This document shows positions 36,835-45,820 of a DNA stretch of 64,000 bases, piece after piece. Each line of letters begins with the position of its first letter. Position 1 is the first letter of the stretch. Position numbers and translations under genes: made by a program. Source of the stretch: Bacteroidales bacterium (GTDB lineage: Bacteria > Bacteroidota > Bacteroidia > Bacteroidales > PUMT01); NCBI GenBank assembly GCA_007135095.1, contig SLJO01000178.1, forward strand, positions 83 to 64,082, written 5' to 3'. Under the pieces are notes generated by a model. That model did not search any database, had not been told where the DNA came from, and worked only from the letters and a program-made list of their open reading frames with translations.

Positions 36835-37830
36835 ATGAACGAAACAATTGATATTAAGGAACTGAATGAACGAATCAAGCAGGAGAGCACTTTTGTTGAT
36901 CTTATCAACAAAGAGATCTCTAAGGTCATTGTTGGACAAAAACACCTGACAGACAGCATGCTGATCGGGCTTCTGTCAGACGGCCACATTCTGATTGAAG
37001 GGGTACCCGGGCTGGCCAAGACATTATCGATAAGCACCCTTGCCGGTATAATAGATGCAAAGTTTAACCGGATTCAGTTTACCCCTGATCTGCTTCCTGC
37101 CGATTTGCTCGGCACAATGATCTATAGCCAGAAAAAGGAGGAATTCTTCGTACGCAAGGGACCCGTGTTCACCAACTTTGTTCTTGCCGATGAGATCAAC
37201 CGTTCTCCCGCCAAAGTACAATCGGCACTGCTTGAAGCCATGCAGGAGAGGCAGGTTACCATAGGCTCTGAAACCTTCAGGCTTGATGATCCTTTTATGG
37301 TGATGGCCACACAGAACCCCATAGAACAGGAAGGAACCTATCCTTTACCCGAGGCGCAGGTAGACCGGTTTATGTTAAAGGTAGTAATCACCTACCCAAA
37401 AAAGGCCGAGGAAGGCCTTATCATAAGGCAGAACCTTTCCGGAGATTTCCCTGCACCCTCCAGGGTTCTTTCACCCGCGGAAATAATCAGGGCCAGGAAT
37501 GTTGTAAGGGATGTTTATCTTGATGAAAAAATTGAACGTTATATCCTGGATATAGTTTTCTCAACAAGAGTGCCGTCAGAATACGGGCTGGGCAGGTTTG
37601 AGACCATGATAAATTATGGGGCTTCCCCAAGGGCCAGCATAAACCTGGCAAAAGCAGCAAAAGCCTACGCGTTTATCAATCACCGCGGATATGTCATTCC
37701 AGAGGATGTCAGGTCGGTTTGTTATGATGTAATGCGGCACAGGATTGGACTAAGTTATGAGGCGGAAGCGGAAAATATAGTTACCGAGGACATAATCACC
37801 GAAATACTCAACTCCGTGGAAGTGCCATAG
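36835..37830 (+). CDS. moxR: MoxR-family AAA+ ATPase
   Basis: Walker A GVPGLAKT, Walker B FVLADEINR, ATQNPIEQEGTYPLPEAQVDRF, and the GASPRA sensor motif. Confidence 0.95.
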   Translation: MNETIDIKELNERIKQESTFVDLINKEISKVIVGQKHLTDSMLIGLLSDGHILIEGVPGLAKTLSISTLAGIIDAKFNRIQFTPDLLPADLLGTMIYSQKKEEFFVRKGPVFTNFVLADEINRSPAKVQSALLEAMQERQVTIGSETFRLDDPFMVMATQNPIEQEGTYPLPEAQVDRFMLKVVITYPKKAEEGLIIRQNLSGDFPAPSRVLSPAEIIRARNVVRDVYLDEKIERYILDIVFSTRVPSEYGLGRFETMINYGASPRASINLAKAAKAYAFINHRGYVIPEDVRSVCYDVMRHRIGLSYEAEAENIVTEDIITEILNSVEVP

Positions 37831-37877
37831 TGGAATCGCAGGATATGTGATCCCGGCCGGTCTGCAGGCAGTTTAAT

Positions 37878-38813
37878 TTGGTTATCAGTATAAAAATCAA
37901 CCTATTCGTGGAGGCAAAGGAGCTATTAAAAAAGGTGCGGAAAATCGAGATCAAGTCCCGCGGGCTATCGCGTGATATTTTTGCCGGGCAGTACCACTCG
38001 GCCTTCAAGGGCCGTGGCATGACCTTCAGTGAAGTCAGGGAATACCAGCACGGTGATGATATAAGGAGCATTGACTGGAATGTGACTGCCCGGTTCAATC
38101 ATCCTTACGTGAAAGTTTTTGAGGAAGAAAGGGAATTAACAGTCGTGCTGCTCGTCGATGTCAGCGGTTCCAGGGAATTTGGTACCAGGGGCATGCTTAA
38201 AAAGAATATAATAACAGAGATTGCGGCAGTCCTGTCATTTTCGGCAATACAAAACAATGATAAGATCGGGGTGATCTTTTTCAGCAGTAAGGTTGAGAAA
38301 TTTATTCCCCCAAAAAAGGGCAGCAAGCATATCCTGCATATTATAAGGGAGCTGATAGATTTTGTTCCTGAAAACCGCGACACTGACCTGACCGAACCGT
38401 TAAGGTTTATGACCAATGCAATAAAAAAGAGAAGCACAGTGTTTATGATATCAGATTTTCTCCAGTCGTATGACATGCTCCCCGGCAACATGGCAAGTAA
38501 GCCCTCTATGTTCGCTGATACACTCAAAATTGCTGCCAGAAAACATGACGTGGTTGCAATAAGGATATATGATGAGCGTGAAACAATATTGCCACCGGTT
38601 GGCTTTTTAAGGGTCAGGGATGCTGAAACCGGTAAGCTAAGGTGGGTGGATACCCTTTCTGCAAAGGTCCGTGAGCAGTACTCATCCTGGTGGAGAGTGC
38701 ATGATAAAACTCTCAGTGACCTTTTCGTGAAAACAGGCATAGATGCCGTTTCAATAAACACTGCCGAGGATTATGTAAAGCCCCTGATTAAACTATTTAA
38801 GAAACGGGCATGA
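37878..38813 (+). CDS. DUF58 protein (vWA-like partner of MoxR)
   Basis: FSEVREYQHGDDIRSIDWNVTAR is the DUF58 signature. The ORF-track start is a TTG, so the true start is uncertain by a few codons. Confidence 0.85.
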   Translation: MVISIKINLFVEAKELLKKVRKIEIKSRGLSRDIFAGQYHSAFKGRGMTFSEVREYQHGDDIRSIDWNVTARFNHPYVKVFEEERELTVVLLVDVSGSREFGTRGMLKKNIITEIAAVLSFSAIQNNDKIGVIFFSSKVEKFIPPKKGSKHILHIIRELIDFVPENRDTDLTEPLRFMTNAIKKRSTVFMISDFLQSYDMLPGNMASKPSMFADTLKIAARKHDVVAIRIYDERETILPPVGFLRVRDAETGKLRWVDTLSAKVREQYSSWWRVHDKTLSDLFVKTGIDAVSINTAEDYVKPLIKLFKKRA

Positions 38814-38860
38814 TTGTTATTTACAGCTGTATCAATGCCTGAGAAAACATAACAGATTAA

Positions 38861-39937
38861 ATGGATTTAACCCGTACATCATATTCTAAGCAGGAAGCGC
38901 CTTCAGAAACCGGAATGAAAATGTTGTTTCCCGTATTGAGCATACTAATGTTTATTGCGGGCTGCGCCGGGATGTATGGCCAGTCAGTAACTATTTCTGC
39001 CAGGTTTGACACAGACTCCATATGGATAGGGGAACAAACCGGCTTCACTATCACAGTTGAACAACCACAGGGCACTCTTGTAAATTTCCCGGCATTTTCC
39101 GACACCCTGTCGGACAAGATAGAGGTATTGTCGGTCAGCCGGCCCGACACAACAAGAACCGGCCCGGATATGCTCCGCATAACAAAATCGCTGAGGGTAA
39201 CATCGTTTTACCAGGGTAACCATTACACTGGAGAACTGCCATTTGTTTTCATGACTGATAATGATCAGCGGGTCCTGCATACCAGGCCGGCCGCTCTGAT
39301 GGTTCTGGCTCCGGAGATAGACAGTGAAGGGGGAATTTATGACATTAAGGCACCCTTTGGCATATCCCTGAGTCTTATGGAAATCCTGCCCTGGATCTTG
39401 CTGGTGCTGTTCCTGGCCTTTATCGCATGGTATATATCACGGTATTATAAACAAAAAAAAGCGGGGCAGCCTGCGTTTGAGTTCCGGAATCCGCCGGAAC
39501 CTTCCCATGTCATTGCCATTAGAGAACTCAGAAAGTTAAAATCGGAATCATTGTGGCAAAAGGGAATGGTAAAGGAGTATTACACACGGCTGACAGAGAT
39601 TGTCCGCAGATATATAGAAAACAGGTTTGGTATTACTGCCATGGAGCAGACCAGCGGTGAAATTATAAGGGAGCTACAGCATAATGATGATATGGCAAAG
39701 GATGTGATCCTGCTTCTTGACCAGTGTTTTTCGCTTGCCGATCTTGTTAAGTTTGCACGGTTCCACCCTGATGAGGAGAATCACGATATGTGCCTTACTA
39801 CCGCTTTTCATTTTGTCAAGGCGACCTGTGAACAGGGGCCGCCCCATGATGGCACCGTTAAACAGGATGACCATGCCGGTAGGGCGCAGGTAACAGGCAA
39901 CCGTGTTTCCGGCAAAGAGGGACAGGTATTGAATTAG
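38861..39937 (+). CDS. Membrane protein of the Bat operon (BatD-like N-domain, central TM, DUF4381-like C-terminal helices)
   Basis: Positioned between DUF58 and batA. Has a signal/lipobox-like MFIAGC and a single central TM (ILPWILLVLFLAFIAWYI). The start is possibly at the internal ATG 38915. Confidence 0.55.
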   Translation: MDLTRTSYSKQEAPSETGMKMLFPVLSILMFIAGCAGMYGQSVTISARFDTDSIWIGEQTGFTITVEQPQGTLVNFPAFSDTLSDKIEVLSVSRPDTTRTGPDMLRITKSLRVTSFYQGNHYTGELPFVFMTDNDQRVLHTRPAALMVLAPEIDSEGGIYDIKAPFGISLSLMEILPWILLVLFLAFIAWYISRYYKQKKAGQPAFEFRNPPEPSHVIAIRELRKLKSESLWQKGMVKEYYTRLTEIVRRYIENRFGITAMEQTSGEIIRELQHNDDMAKDVILLLDQCFSLADLVKFARFHPDEENHDMCLTTAFHFVKATCEQGPPHDGTVKQDDHAGRAQVTGNRVSGKEGQVLN

Positions 39938-39952
39938 AAAATTATTATCAGA

Positions 39953-40945
39953 ATGAGCGAATATAGTTTTGCATATCCTGAATTTCTCTGGCTGTTGCTA
40001 TTGATTCCTGCAATGATCACATGGTACGTGCTCTGGCAGCACCTGCAACATGCTTCATTGCAGGTTCCGGGATTGCAGTGGGTTGAGAACGCCCCTGTAA
40101 CCATTCGCCACTACCTGCAGCATGTGCTGTATATTTTCCGCATACTGGCCGTTGCATTGCTTATTATTGTACTTGCACGCCCTCAGTCCCACAACCAGTG
40201 GGAGGAGCTGGTCACCGAGGGTATTGACATTATGATCTCCCTTGATATTTCAACCAGTATGCTGGCTGAGGATTTTAGTCCCAACCGGATGGAAGCGGCA
40301 AGGAGCATAGCCTCCGAATTCATTTCCGGAAGGGGTAATGACAGGATCGGTCTGGTAATATTCAGCGGCGAGAGCTTTACCCAGTGTCCCCTCACTACCG
40401 ATCATGCCGTGCTTAATAATTTACTCTCGGAAGTGGAAATAGGAATGATAGAAGACGGTACTGCCATAGGGATGGGCCTGGCAACGGCAGTTAACCGCCT
40501 CAGGAACAGTGAGGCTCAAAGCAGGGTGATAATCCTGCTTACCGATGGAGTTAACAACCGCGGGTCTATTGATCCGGTCACCGCTGCCGGCATAGCAGCC
40601 AATTTTGGAATAAGGGTATATACCGTGGGTGTAGGCAGCAGGGGCCCTGCGCCTTACCCGGTCCAGACCCCCCATGGTGTTCAGTACCGGAATATCGAAG
40701 CCGATATTGATGAGGAAGTTTTGCAGACGATTGCAGATTTGACGGGAGGCAGCTATTTCCGGGCCACAGACGAAAAAAAACTGACTGAAATATATGCTGA
40801 GATAGAGAAGCTGGAACGGTCAATGATCGAGGTGAGGCATTTCAATACCAGCAAAGAGGAATACCGGTTGTTCGCCCTGCTTGCAGGTCTCTTGCTGGCT
40901 GCAGGATGGATCATAAGGGTTTTCTGGCTGAGAAACCTCCCGTAG
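39953..40945 (+). CDS. batA: vWA-domain aerotolerance protein BatA
   Basis: N-terminal FAYPEFLWLLLLIP, two TM segments, a vWA MIDAS motif (DISTSM), and a C-terminal TM. Confidence 0.85.
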   Translation: MSEYSFAYPEFLWLLLLIPAMITWYVLWQHLQHASLQVPGLQWVENAPVTIRHYLQHVLYIFRILAVALLIIVLARPQSHNQWEELVTEGIDIMISLDISTSMLAEDFSPNRMEAARSIASEFISGRGNDRIGLVIFSGESFTQCPLTTDHAVLNNLLSEVEIGMIEDGTAIGMGLATAVNRLRNSEAQSRVIILLTDGVNNRGSIDPVTAAGIAANFGIRVYTVGVGSRGPAPYPVQTPHGVQYRNIEADIDEEVLQTIADLTGGSYFRATDEKKLTEIYAEIEKLERSMIEVRHFNTSKEEYRLFALLAGLLLAAGWIIRVFWLRNLP

Positions 40946-41092
40946 GATCAGGTTGTTCTTTAATGTGAAGCGCCTCCGCGGCTGTGCCGGGCATAAGTGA
41001 AAGAATGGCCGGGAATCCGGGGGAAGGAAATGAAAGGGGCAAAACGGCCATCAGGCAGCCGGATGCCGGCTTTATAAAATGTAAAATTGAAA

Positions 41093-42130
41093 ATGTTCGA
41101 GTTTGCACATACGGAGTATTTGTGGTTTTTATGGGTGGTTCCTTTGATGCTGGCTGTATTTCTGGCAGTAAGGTATAACCGGAAGTCCGCCATAAGGAAG
41201 TTTGGTGACCCGGGTCTCCTGGCGTTGCTTATGCCCCTGGCATCTTCGCGCCGGCATGTATTCAAATTCCTGCTGTTCCTGTTCGCCCTTGTCTTCATAA
41301 TCCTTTCGCTTGCGGGACCAAGGTTTGGTTCAAGGCTTGAAGAGGTGAAAAGGGAGGGTATTGAGATAATAATAGCACTCGATGTATCCAACAGCATGCT
41401 TGCCGAAGATATCCGACCCAACAGGCTTGAAGGCTCAAAAATGGCAGTGTCAAGGCTGGCCGGCAACCTAAGGAACGACAGGATCGGACTCATAGTTTTT
41501 GCCGGTGACGCTTACGTCCAGGTACCCATAACAACCGACTATGGTGCCTTCCGGATGATACTGGACAATGTTTCCACTGACATTGTCCCTGTTCAGGGCA
41601 CAGCCATAGGCAGGGCCATTGAAATGGCCATGCGTTCATTTACCGGGGAATCATCCGCCAGTAAGGTGCTGGTTATAATTTCCGACGGTGAGGATCATGA
41701 GGATGATCCGGTAAAGGCGGCAGCCCTGGCGAGGGAGGACGGAATCACAATCCATACAATTGGCATGGGAAGACCTGAAGGGGCACCTATCCCTGCCGGC
41801 GGAAGAGGGGAATCGCAGTTTCTGACCGACCAGGATGGGAACACGGTCATTACCCGGCTGGATGAGGCCACCCTCAGGGAAATTGCCTCGGCAGGGGGAG
41901 GATTGTATATCAGGGCAGGCGCCTCGGGAGCAGGGCTGGACATTATAATGGATGAGATTGGGGAAATGGAAAAAGCCGGGTTCGGGGAATTGCAATATAC
42001 GGAATTTGAAGAACGTTTTCAATACATGGCCGCTATTGCCCTGCTGTTGCTGTTGCTGGATTTCTTTATTCCCGAACGGAAAAACAAATGGCTGAGCAGC
42101 ATAAGCCTGTTTAAAGAGAATCAAAAATAA
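41093..42130 (+). CDS. batB: vWA-domain aerotolerance protein BatB
   Basis: MFEFAHTEYLWFLWVVPLML, a vWA MIDAS motif (DVSNSM), and a C-terminal TM. The ATG at 41093 is preferred over the TTG at 41087. Confidence 0.85.
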   Translation: MFEFAHTEYLWFLWVVPLMLAVFLAVRYNRKSAIRKFGDPGLLALLMPLASSRRHVFKFLLFLFALVFIILSLAGPRFGSRLEEVKREGIEIIIALDVSNSMLAEDIRPNRLEGSKMAVSRLAGNLRNDRIGLIVFAGDAYVQVPITTDYGAFRMILDNVSTDIVPVQGTAIGRAIEMAMRSFTGESSASKVLVIISDGEDHEDDPVKAAALAREDGITIHTIGMGRPEGAPIPAGGRGESQFLTDQDGNTVITRLDEATLREIASAGGGLYIRAGASGAGLDIIMDEIGEMEKAGFGELQYTEFEERFQYMAAIALLLLLLDFFIPERKNKWLSSISLFKENQK

Positions 42131-42936
42131 TGATCATGGTAGATATTAAAATTCCTTGGGCATATAAGCCGGTGTTTTTTGCTTTACTGCTTGCAGCGGC
42201 GCTGGCATGTTTTTCGCAGAAGGCGTCTGCGCAGGCAGAAAAAAGACTGATAAGGGAAGGCAACAGGTTATATGAGAAGCAATTGTTTGATGAGTCGGAA
42301 CTGTCATACCGGCGCGCCCTCGAAAAAGATGAGCATTCACCGCAGGCCAGGTTCAACCTGGGAAATTCCCTGTACAGGCAGGAAAGGTATGATGAAGCCA
42401 TGAGGTTTTTCGGTGAACTGGCCGATGATATTGAAGATCCGCTGAACCGTTCAAAAGTATATCATAATCTTGGTAATTCATTGCTTATGTCGCAGCAGGT
42501 GGAACAGAGCATAGAGGCCTACAAGGAGGCGCTGAGGAACAACCCCCTCGATGAGCAGACGAGATACAATCTTGCTTTTGCGCAGCATCTGCTCGATGAG
42601 ATGGAAAACCAGCAGCAGGACAATGATGAGGGTGAAGATGGAGATGAAGGAGAAGATGGAGACGACCCGCAGCAGCAGCAGCAGCAGGATGATGATCCCG
42701 GAGAGGATAATGACGGCCGGGATGGCGGCGAAGACCCTGATGATCAGGACCGCGGTGGCGACCCTGATCAGGATGAAAACCCGGAGCAGCCTGCTCAGCC
42801 TCAGCCTGACCGGGTATCTCCTGAAGATGCACTGCGGATGCTTGAAGCTGCTGAACGTGAAGAGCAGAGGGTTCAGGAAAAACTTATGGAAAATAAGGCA
42901 TCCGGACAACAGCCCCGGACACGAAGAAACTGGTAA
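42130..42936 (+). CDS. batC: TPR-repeat protein BatC with acidic low-complexity tail
   Basis: Signal/TM segment, TPR repeats (YNLGNSLY, YHNLGNSLL, YNLAFAQ), then a Gln/Asp/Glu-rich tail. TAATG overlap with batB. Confidence 0.8.
   Translation: MIMVDIKIPWAYKPVFFALLLAAALACFSQKASAQAEKRLIREGNRLYEKQLFDESELSYRRALEKDEHSPQARFNLGNSLYRQERYDEAMRFFGELADDIEDPLNRSKVYHNLGNSLLMSQQVEQSIEAYKEALRNNPLDEQTRYNLAFAQHLLDEMENQQQDNDEGEDGDEGEDGDDPQQQQQQDDDPGEDNDGRDGGEDPDDQDRGGDPDQDENPEQPAQPQPDRVSPEDALRMLEAAEREEQRVQEKLMENKASGQQPRTRRNW
42598..42830. repeat. Low-complexity GAN/CAG-rich coding tract (acidic/poly-Q tail of BatC)
   Basis: Encodes QQQDNDEGEDGDEGEDGDDPQQQQQQDDDPGEDNDGRDGGEDPDDQDRGGDPDQDENPEQP and includes a cagcagcagcagcag run. 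It generates several spurious ORFs in other frames. Confidence 0.85.
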
Positions 42937-42998
42937 GCGGGTTGCCGGGTATAAAGAAGGCCGGGACAAGAATACGGGTGAATAACCAATAAAAATAA

Positions 42999-44843
42999 AT
43001 GAAGAGCAAGGACATAACGGGTCTTCCTTTTGCAGGGGCAGTCAGATTCATTATGATTATACTGCTTTCCTCATTTACTGCCGGAGCGCAGGATGTGGAG
43101 TTTACTGCCTCTGCTCCTTCTGTGGCAGCAGTGGGGGAGCAGTTCAGGCTAACCTATACCATTAATGCCAGGGCAAGCAACCTGAGATTGCCTGACCTGG
43201 GTAATTTCCAGTTAGTATCGGGTCCCAGTACCTCAAGCAGCAGCAGCGTTCAGATCATTAACGGGGAGATGACACAAACCCAGTCGGTCAGCTTTACATA
43301 TGTTTTACGTGCCACGGAAGCCGGCAGTTATACCCTTGGGCCGGCTACCATCAGCATCGGCCCGGATCAGTACACCTCAAATGCTGTCAGTATTGAAATT
43401 GTAGCTGACAGCCAGGGCCGGAGTTCGGTACCCGCCCCGCAGGCCCCGGCAACAGGCAGGAGTCCGGCAGACGTATCCGGCGAGGAATTATTTATTAGGA
43501 TTATGCTTGACAAAAACGAGGTTTTCCAGGGAGAAGGGGTGCTGGCTACGGTGAAGATTTTCTCCAAACTGGACCTCACGGGTATTGAAAATGTCAGGTT
43601 TCCCGCCTTCAGCGGCTTCTATCAGCAGGATATTGAAACACCCCCTTTACGAAGCCTTGACAGGGAAGTGATTAACGGTGAAATATACGGGACTGGCGTA
43701 CTCAGGCAAACCATCCTGTTCCCGCAAAGAAACGGTGAAATTATAATTGAATCTTTCGAAATGGATGCCCTGGTGAGGCAGCGAACCGGCAGGCGGGGCA
43801 GCGTTTTCGATGATTTTCTTGGAGGCTACGAATCCCGCAGGATTCCGGTTAAAAGTCCGCCGCTCACCCTGAAAGTCAAGCCCCTGCCCCCGGGGATGCC
43901 GGGGGGGTTTGCCGGTGGGGTAGGCAATTTCAAAATAAGCGCTGAACTTGGATCAGCAGAAGCAAAAACCAATGAAGCCGTAAATTTGCAACTGACCATT
44001 TCCGGCCAGGGAAACCTCAGGCTGCTCGGCCGGCCCCCAATTAAATTTCCGCAGGGGTTCGAAGTATATGATCCGTCCGTGCGTGAAAATATAACCAGCA
44101 GTGCCCGCGGACAGGAAGGAAGCATAACCTGGGAATACCTTATAATTCCCCGCTCCACGGGCAACTTTACCATCCCTGCAGTTGAATTCACTTACTTCGA
44201 TCCCTCCCGTGCAACATACAGAAATATCAGCACCGGGGAGTTCAGTCTTATTGTGCACAGGGGAGAGGACAGCGGAGGCGGGCCGGCCGTGGCAGGATAT
44301 GCACGTGAAGATTTGAGGGTAATAGGGAGTGATATCCGCTTTATTAAAACAACAGGGGCCGTTCTTACAAGGATAGACCACGATCCCTACGGGAGCCCTT
44401 CGTTTTACTTATGGTTCATCGGTCCTGTTGTAATATTTACTGTTTTTATACTTCTGCAGACCAAAAAAATACGGGACAGGGCTGATACTGCCAGGATGAA
44501 GAACCGCAGGGCGAGCAGGATGGCCCGGCGCAGACTCAAGCTGGCCGGCAGATACCTCAAGGAAGATAATTCCCAGCAATTCTTTGAAGAAACCCTGAGA
44601 GCTGTCTGGGGTTACCTCAGCGACAAATTACTTATTCCGGTTTCGGAGCTTAACCGGCAAATTTCAAAATCTGCACTGCTGGAAAGAGGTATATCCGAAA
44701 AGGATTCGGACAGACTGATTGAAATTATCAGTGAGTGCGAATTCGCGCGCTATGCCCCATCATCTTCCCAGGCCGATAAACGCGTAATCTATACTGATAC
44801 ATTACAAATTATTACATTGATTGAGCAAAATATCAGGAAGTAA
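42999..44843 (+). CDS. batD: BatD (oxygen-tolerance protein family)
   Basis: 614 aa. Signal peptide, repeated beta-rich domains, a single TM (FYLWFIGPVVIFTVFILL), and a basic helical cytoplasmic tail. Position after batC. Confidence 0.8.
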   Translation: MKSKDITGLPFAGAVRFIMIILLSSFTAGAQDVEFTASAPSVAAVGEQFRLTYTINARASNLRLPDLGNFQLVSGPSTSSSSSVQIINGEMTQTQSVSFTYVLRATEAGSYTLGPATISIGPDQYTSNAVSIEIVADSQGRSSVPAPQAPATGRSPADVSGEELFIRIMLDKNEVFQGEGVLATVKIFSKLDLTGIENVRFPAFSGFYQQDIETPPLRSLDREVINGEIYGTGVLRQTILFPQRNGEIIIESFEMDALVRQRTGRRGSVFDDFLGGYESRRIPVKSPPLTLKVKPLPPGMPGGFAGGVGNFKISAELGSAEAKTNEAVNLQLTISGQGNLRLLGRPPIKFPQGFEVYDPSVRENITSSARGQEGSITWEYLIIPRSTGNFTIPAVEFTYFDPSRATYRNISTGEFSLIVHRGEDSGGGPAVAGYAREDLRVIGSDIRFIKTTGAVLTRIDHDPYGSPSFYLWFIGPVVIFTVFILLQTKKIRDRADTARMKNRRASRMARRRLKLAGRYLKEDNSQQFFEETLRAVWGYLSDKLLIPVSELNRQISKSALLERGISEKDSDRLIEIISECEFARYAPSSSQADKRVIYTDTLQIITLIEQNIRK

Positions 44844-44845
44844 TC

Positions 44846-45706
44846 ATGGAACGGGAAACCCGAAAAACGTCGAAAATAATGAAATTCAGTAATTACCTGA
44901 CGCTGGCAATTCTGCTTCTGCCTTTAATCCCGGCGCCATTCAGTGCAACCGGCCAGGAAACAGGCAACCATGAGGGCGATGAAATTTACATTCAAAACAA
45001 TTTACTGCCTGATCGCGAAGATGAATTCAACAGGGCAAACCGTCTGTACACGGAAGGAAGCTTTAAAGAGGCAATTTTGATTTACAACCAGATTATTAAT
45101 TCAGGATATCACTCGGCGGAACTTTATTATAATCTCGGCAACGCCTATTACCGGTCAGGCCAGGTACCCGCTGCCATACTTAACTATGAAAGGGCGGCCC
45201 TGCTTGCTCCCGGTGATGAGGATATCAGGTTTAACCTTTTACTTGCAAGGACAAACGTAAGAGACAGGATAGAAGAGTTACCTGATTTTTTTCTCAACCG
45301 CTGGTGGAAGGGAGCCAGAGATATGCTGAGTGCAGGTGAATGGGCAGCAGTAAGCGTTGCCTCGTTCACGGCTTCCCTTGCATTTCTTGCTGTTTTCCTT
45401 ATGTCCTTCTCGGTGGTTACCAAGAAAATATTTTTCTGGCTGGCCGTTACTGTATTTTTTGCGGCCTTCATGAGCTTTTCTTTTGGCCTTGATCAGAGAA
45501 ACCATATAAAAAATCAAAATACAGCCATCGTTTTCTCTCCGGTGGTGCCTGTCAAGAGCTCACCCGATATTAACAGCACCGATCTCTTTTTCATTCATGA
45601 GGGAACAAAGGTATGGGTGGAGGACAGTATTGGGGACTGGCGGGCGGTCCGCCTCAGTGACGGCAACAAGGGATGGCTTATGAAGATGGCTATCGAGATG
45701 ATCTGA
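44846..45706 (+). CDS. batE: BatE (TPR plus C-terminal SH3-like domain)
   Basis: TPR repeats (YYNLGNAYYRSGQ), two TM segments, and a C-terminal SH3b-like VWVEDSIGDWRAVRLSDGNKGWL. Starts 2 nt after the batD stop. Confidence 0.75.
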   Translation: MERETRKTSKIMKFSNYLTLAILLLPLIPAPFSATGQETGNHEGDEIYIQNNLLPDREDEFNRANRLYTEGSFKEAILIYNQIINSGYHSAELYYNLGNAYYRSGQVPAAILNYERAALLAPGDEDIRFNLLLARTNVRDRIEELPDFFLNRWWKGARDMLSAGEWAAVSVASFTASLAFLAVFLMSFSVVTKKIFFWLAVTVFFAAFMSFSFGLDQRNHIKNQNTAIVFSPVVPVKSSPDINSTDLFFIHEGTKVWVEDSIGDWRAVRLSDGNKGWLMKMAIEMI

Positions 45707-45820
45707 ACGGTGCTTGTCAACCAAAGGCCAATTGCCTTCCCCGGAGGCCCTGATATACTTTCCCATAGGCAGCCGGGCTCCGGCAATCTGCCAAAGTGTC
45801 ACTGCCAGCCTGCCGTCCTT

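Noticed and set aside
38105-38761. 218-aa antisense ORF inside the DUF58 gene.
   Set aside because: It is a shadow ORF. The sense frame has the DUF58 signature and operon context.
40960-41493. 177-aa minus-strand ORF spanning the batA-batB spacer and the batB 5' end.
   Set aside because: It is opposite to a tightly organised operon and overlaps the batB vWA-coding region, with no recognisable domain.
42478-42985. Three overlapping ORFs (163 aa, 115 aa, 144 aa) across the 3' half of batC.
   Set aside because: They are generated by the GAN/CAG low-complexity tract. The translations are homopolymeric-like (poly-L/I/R, poly-H/P/A). The batC frame continues from the TPR repeats.
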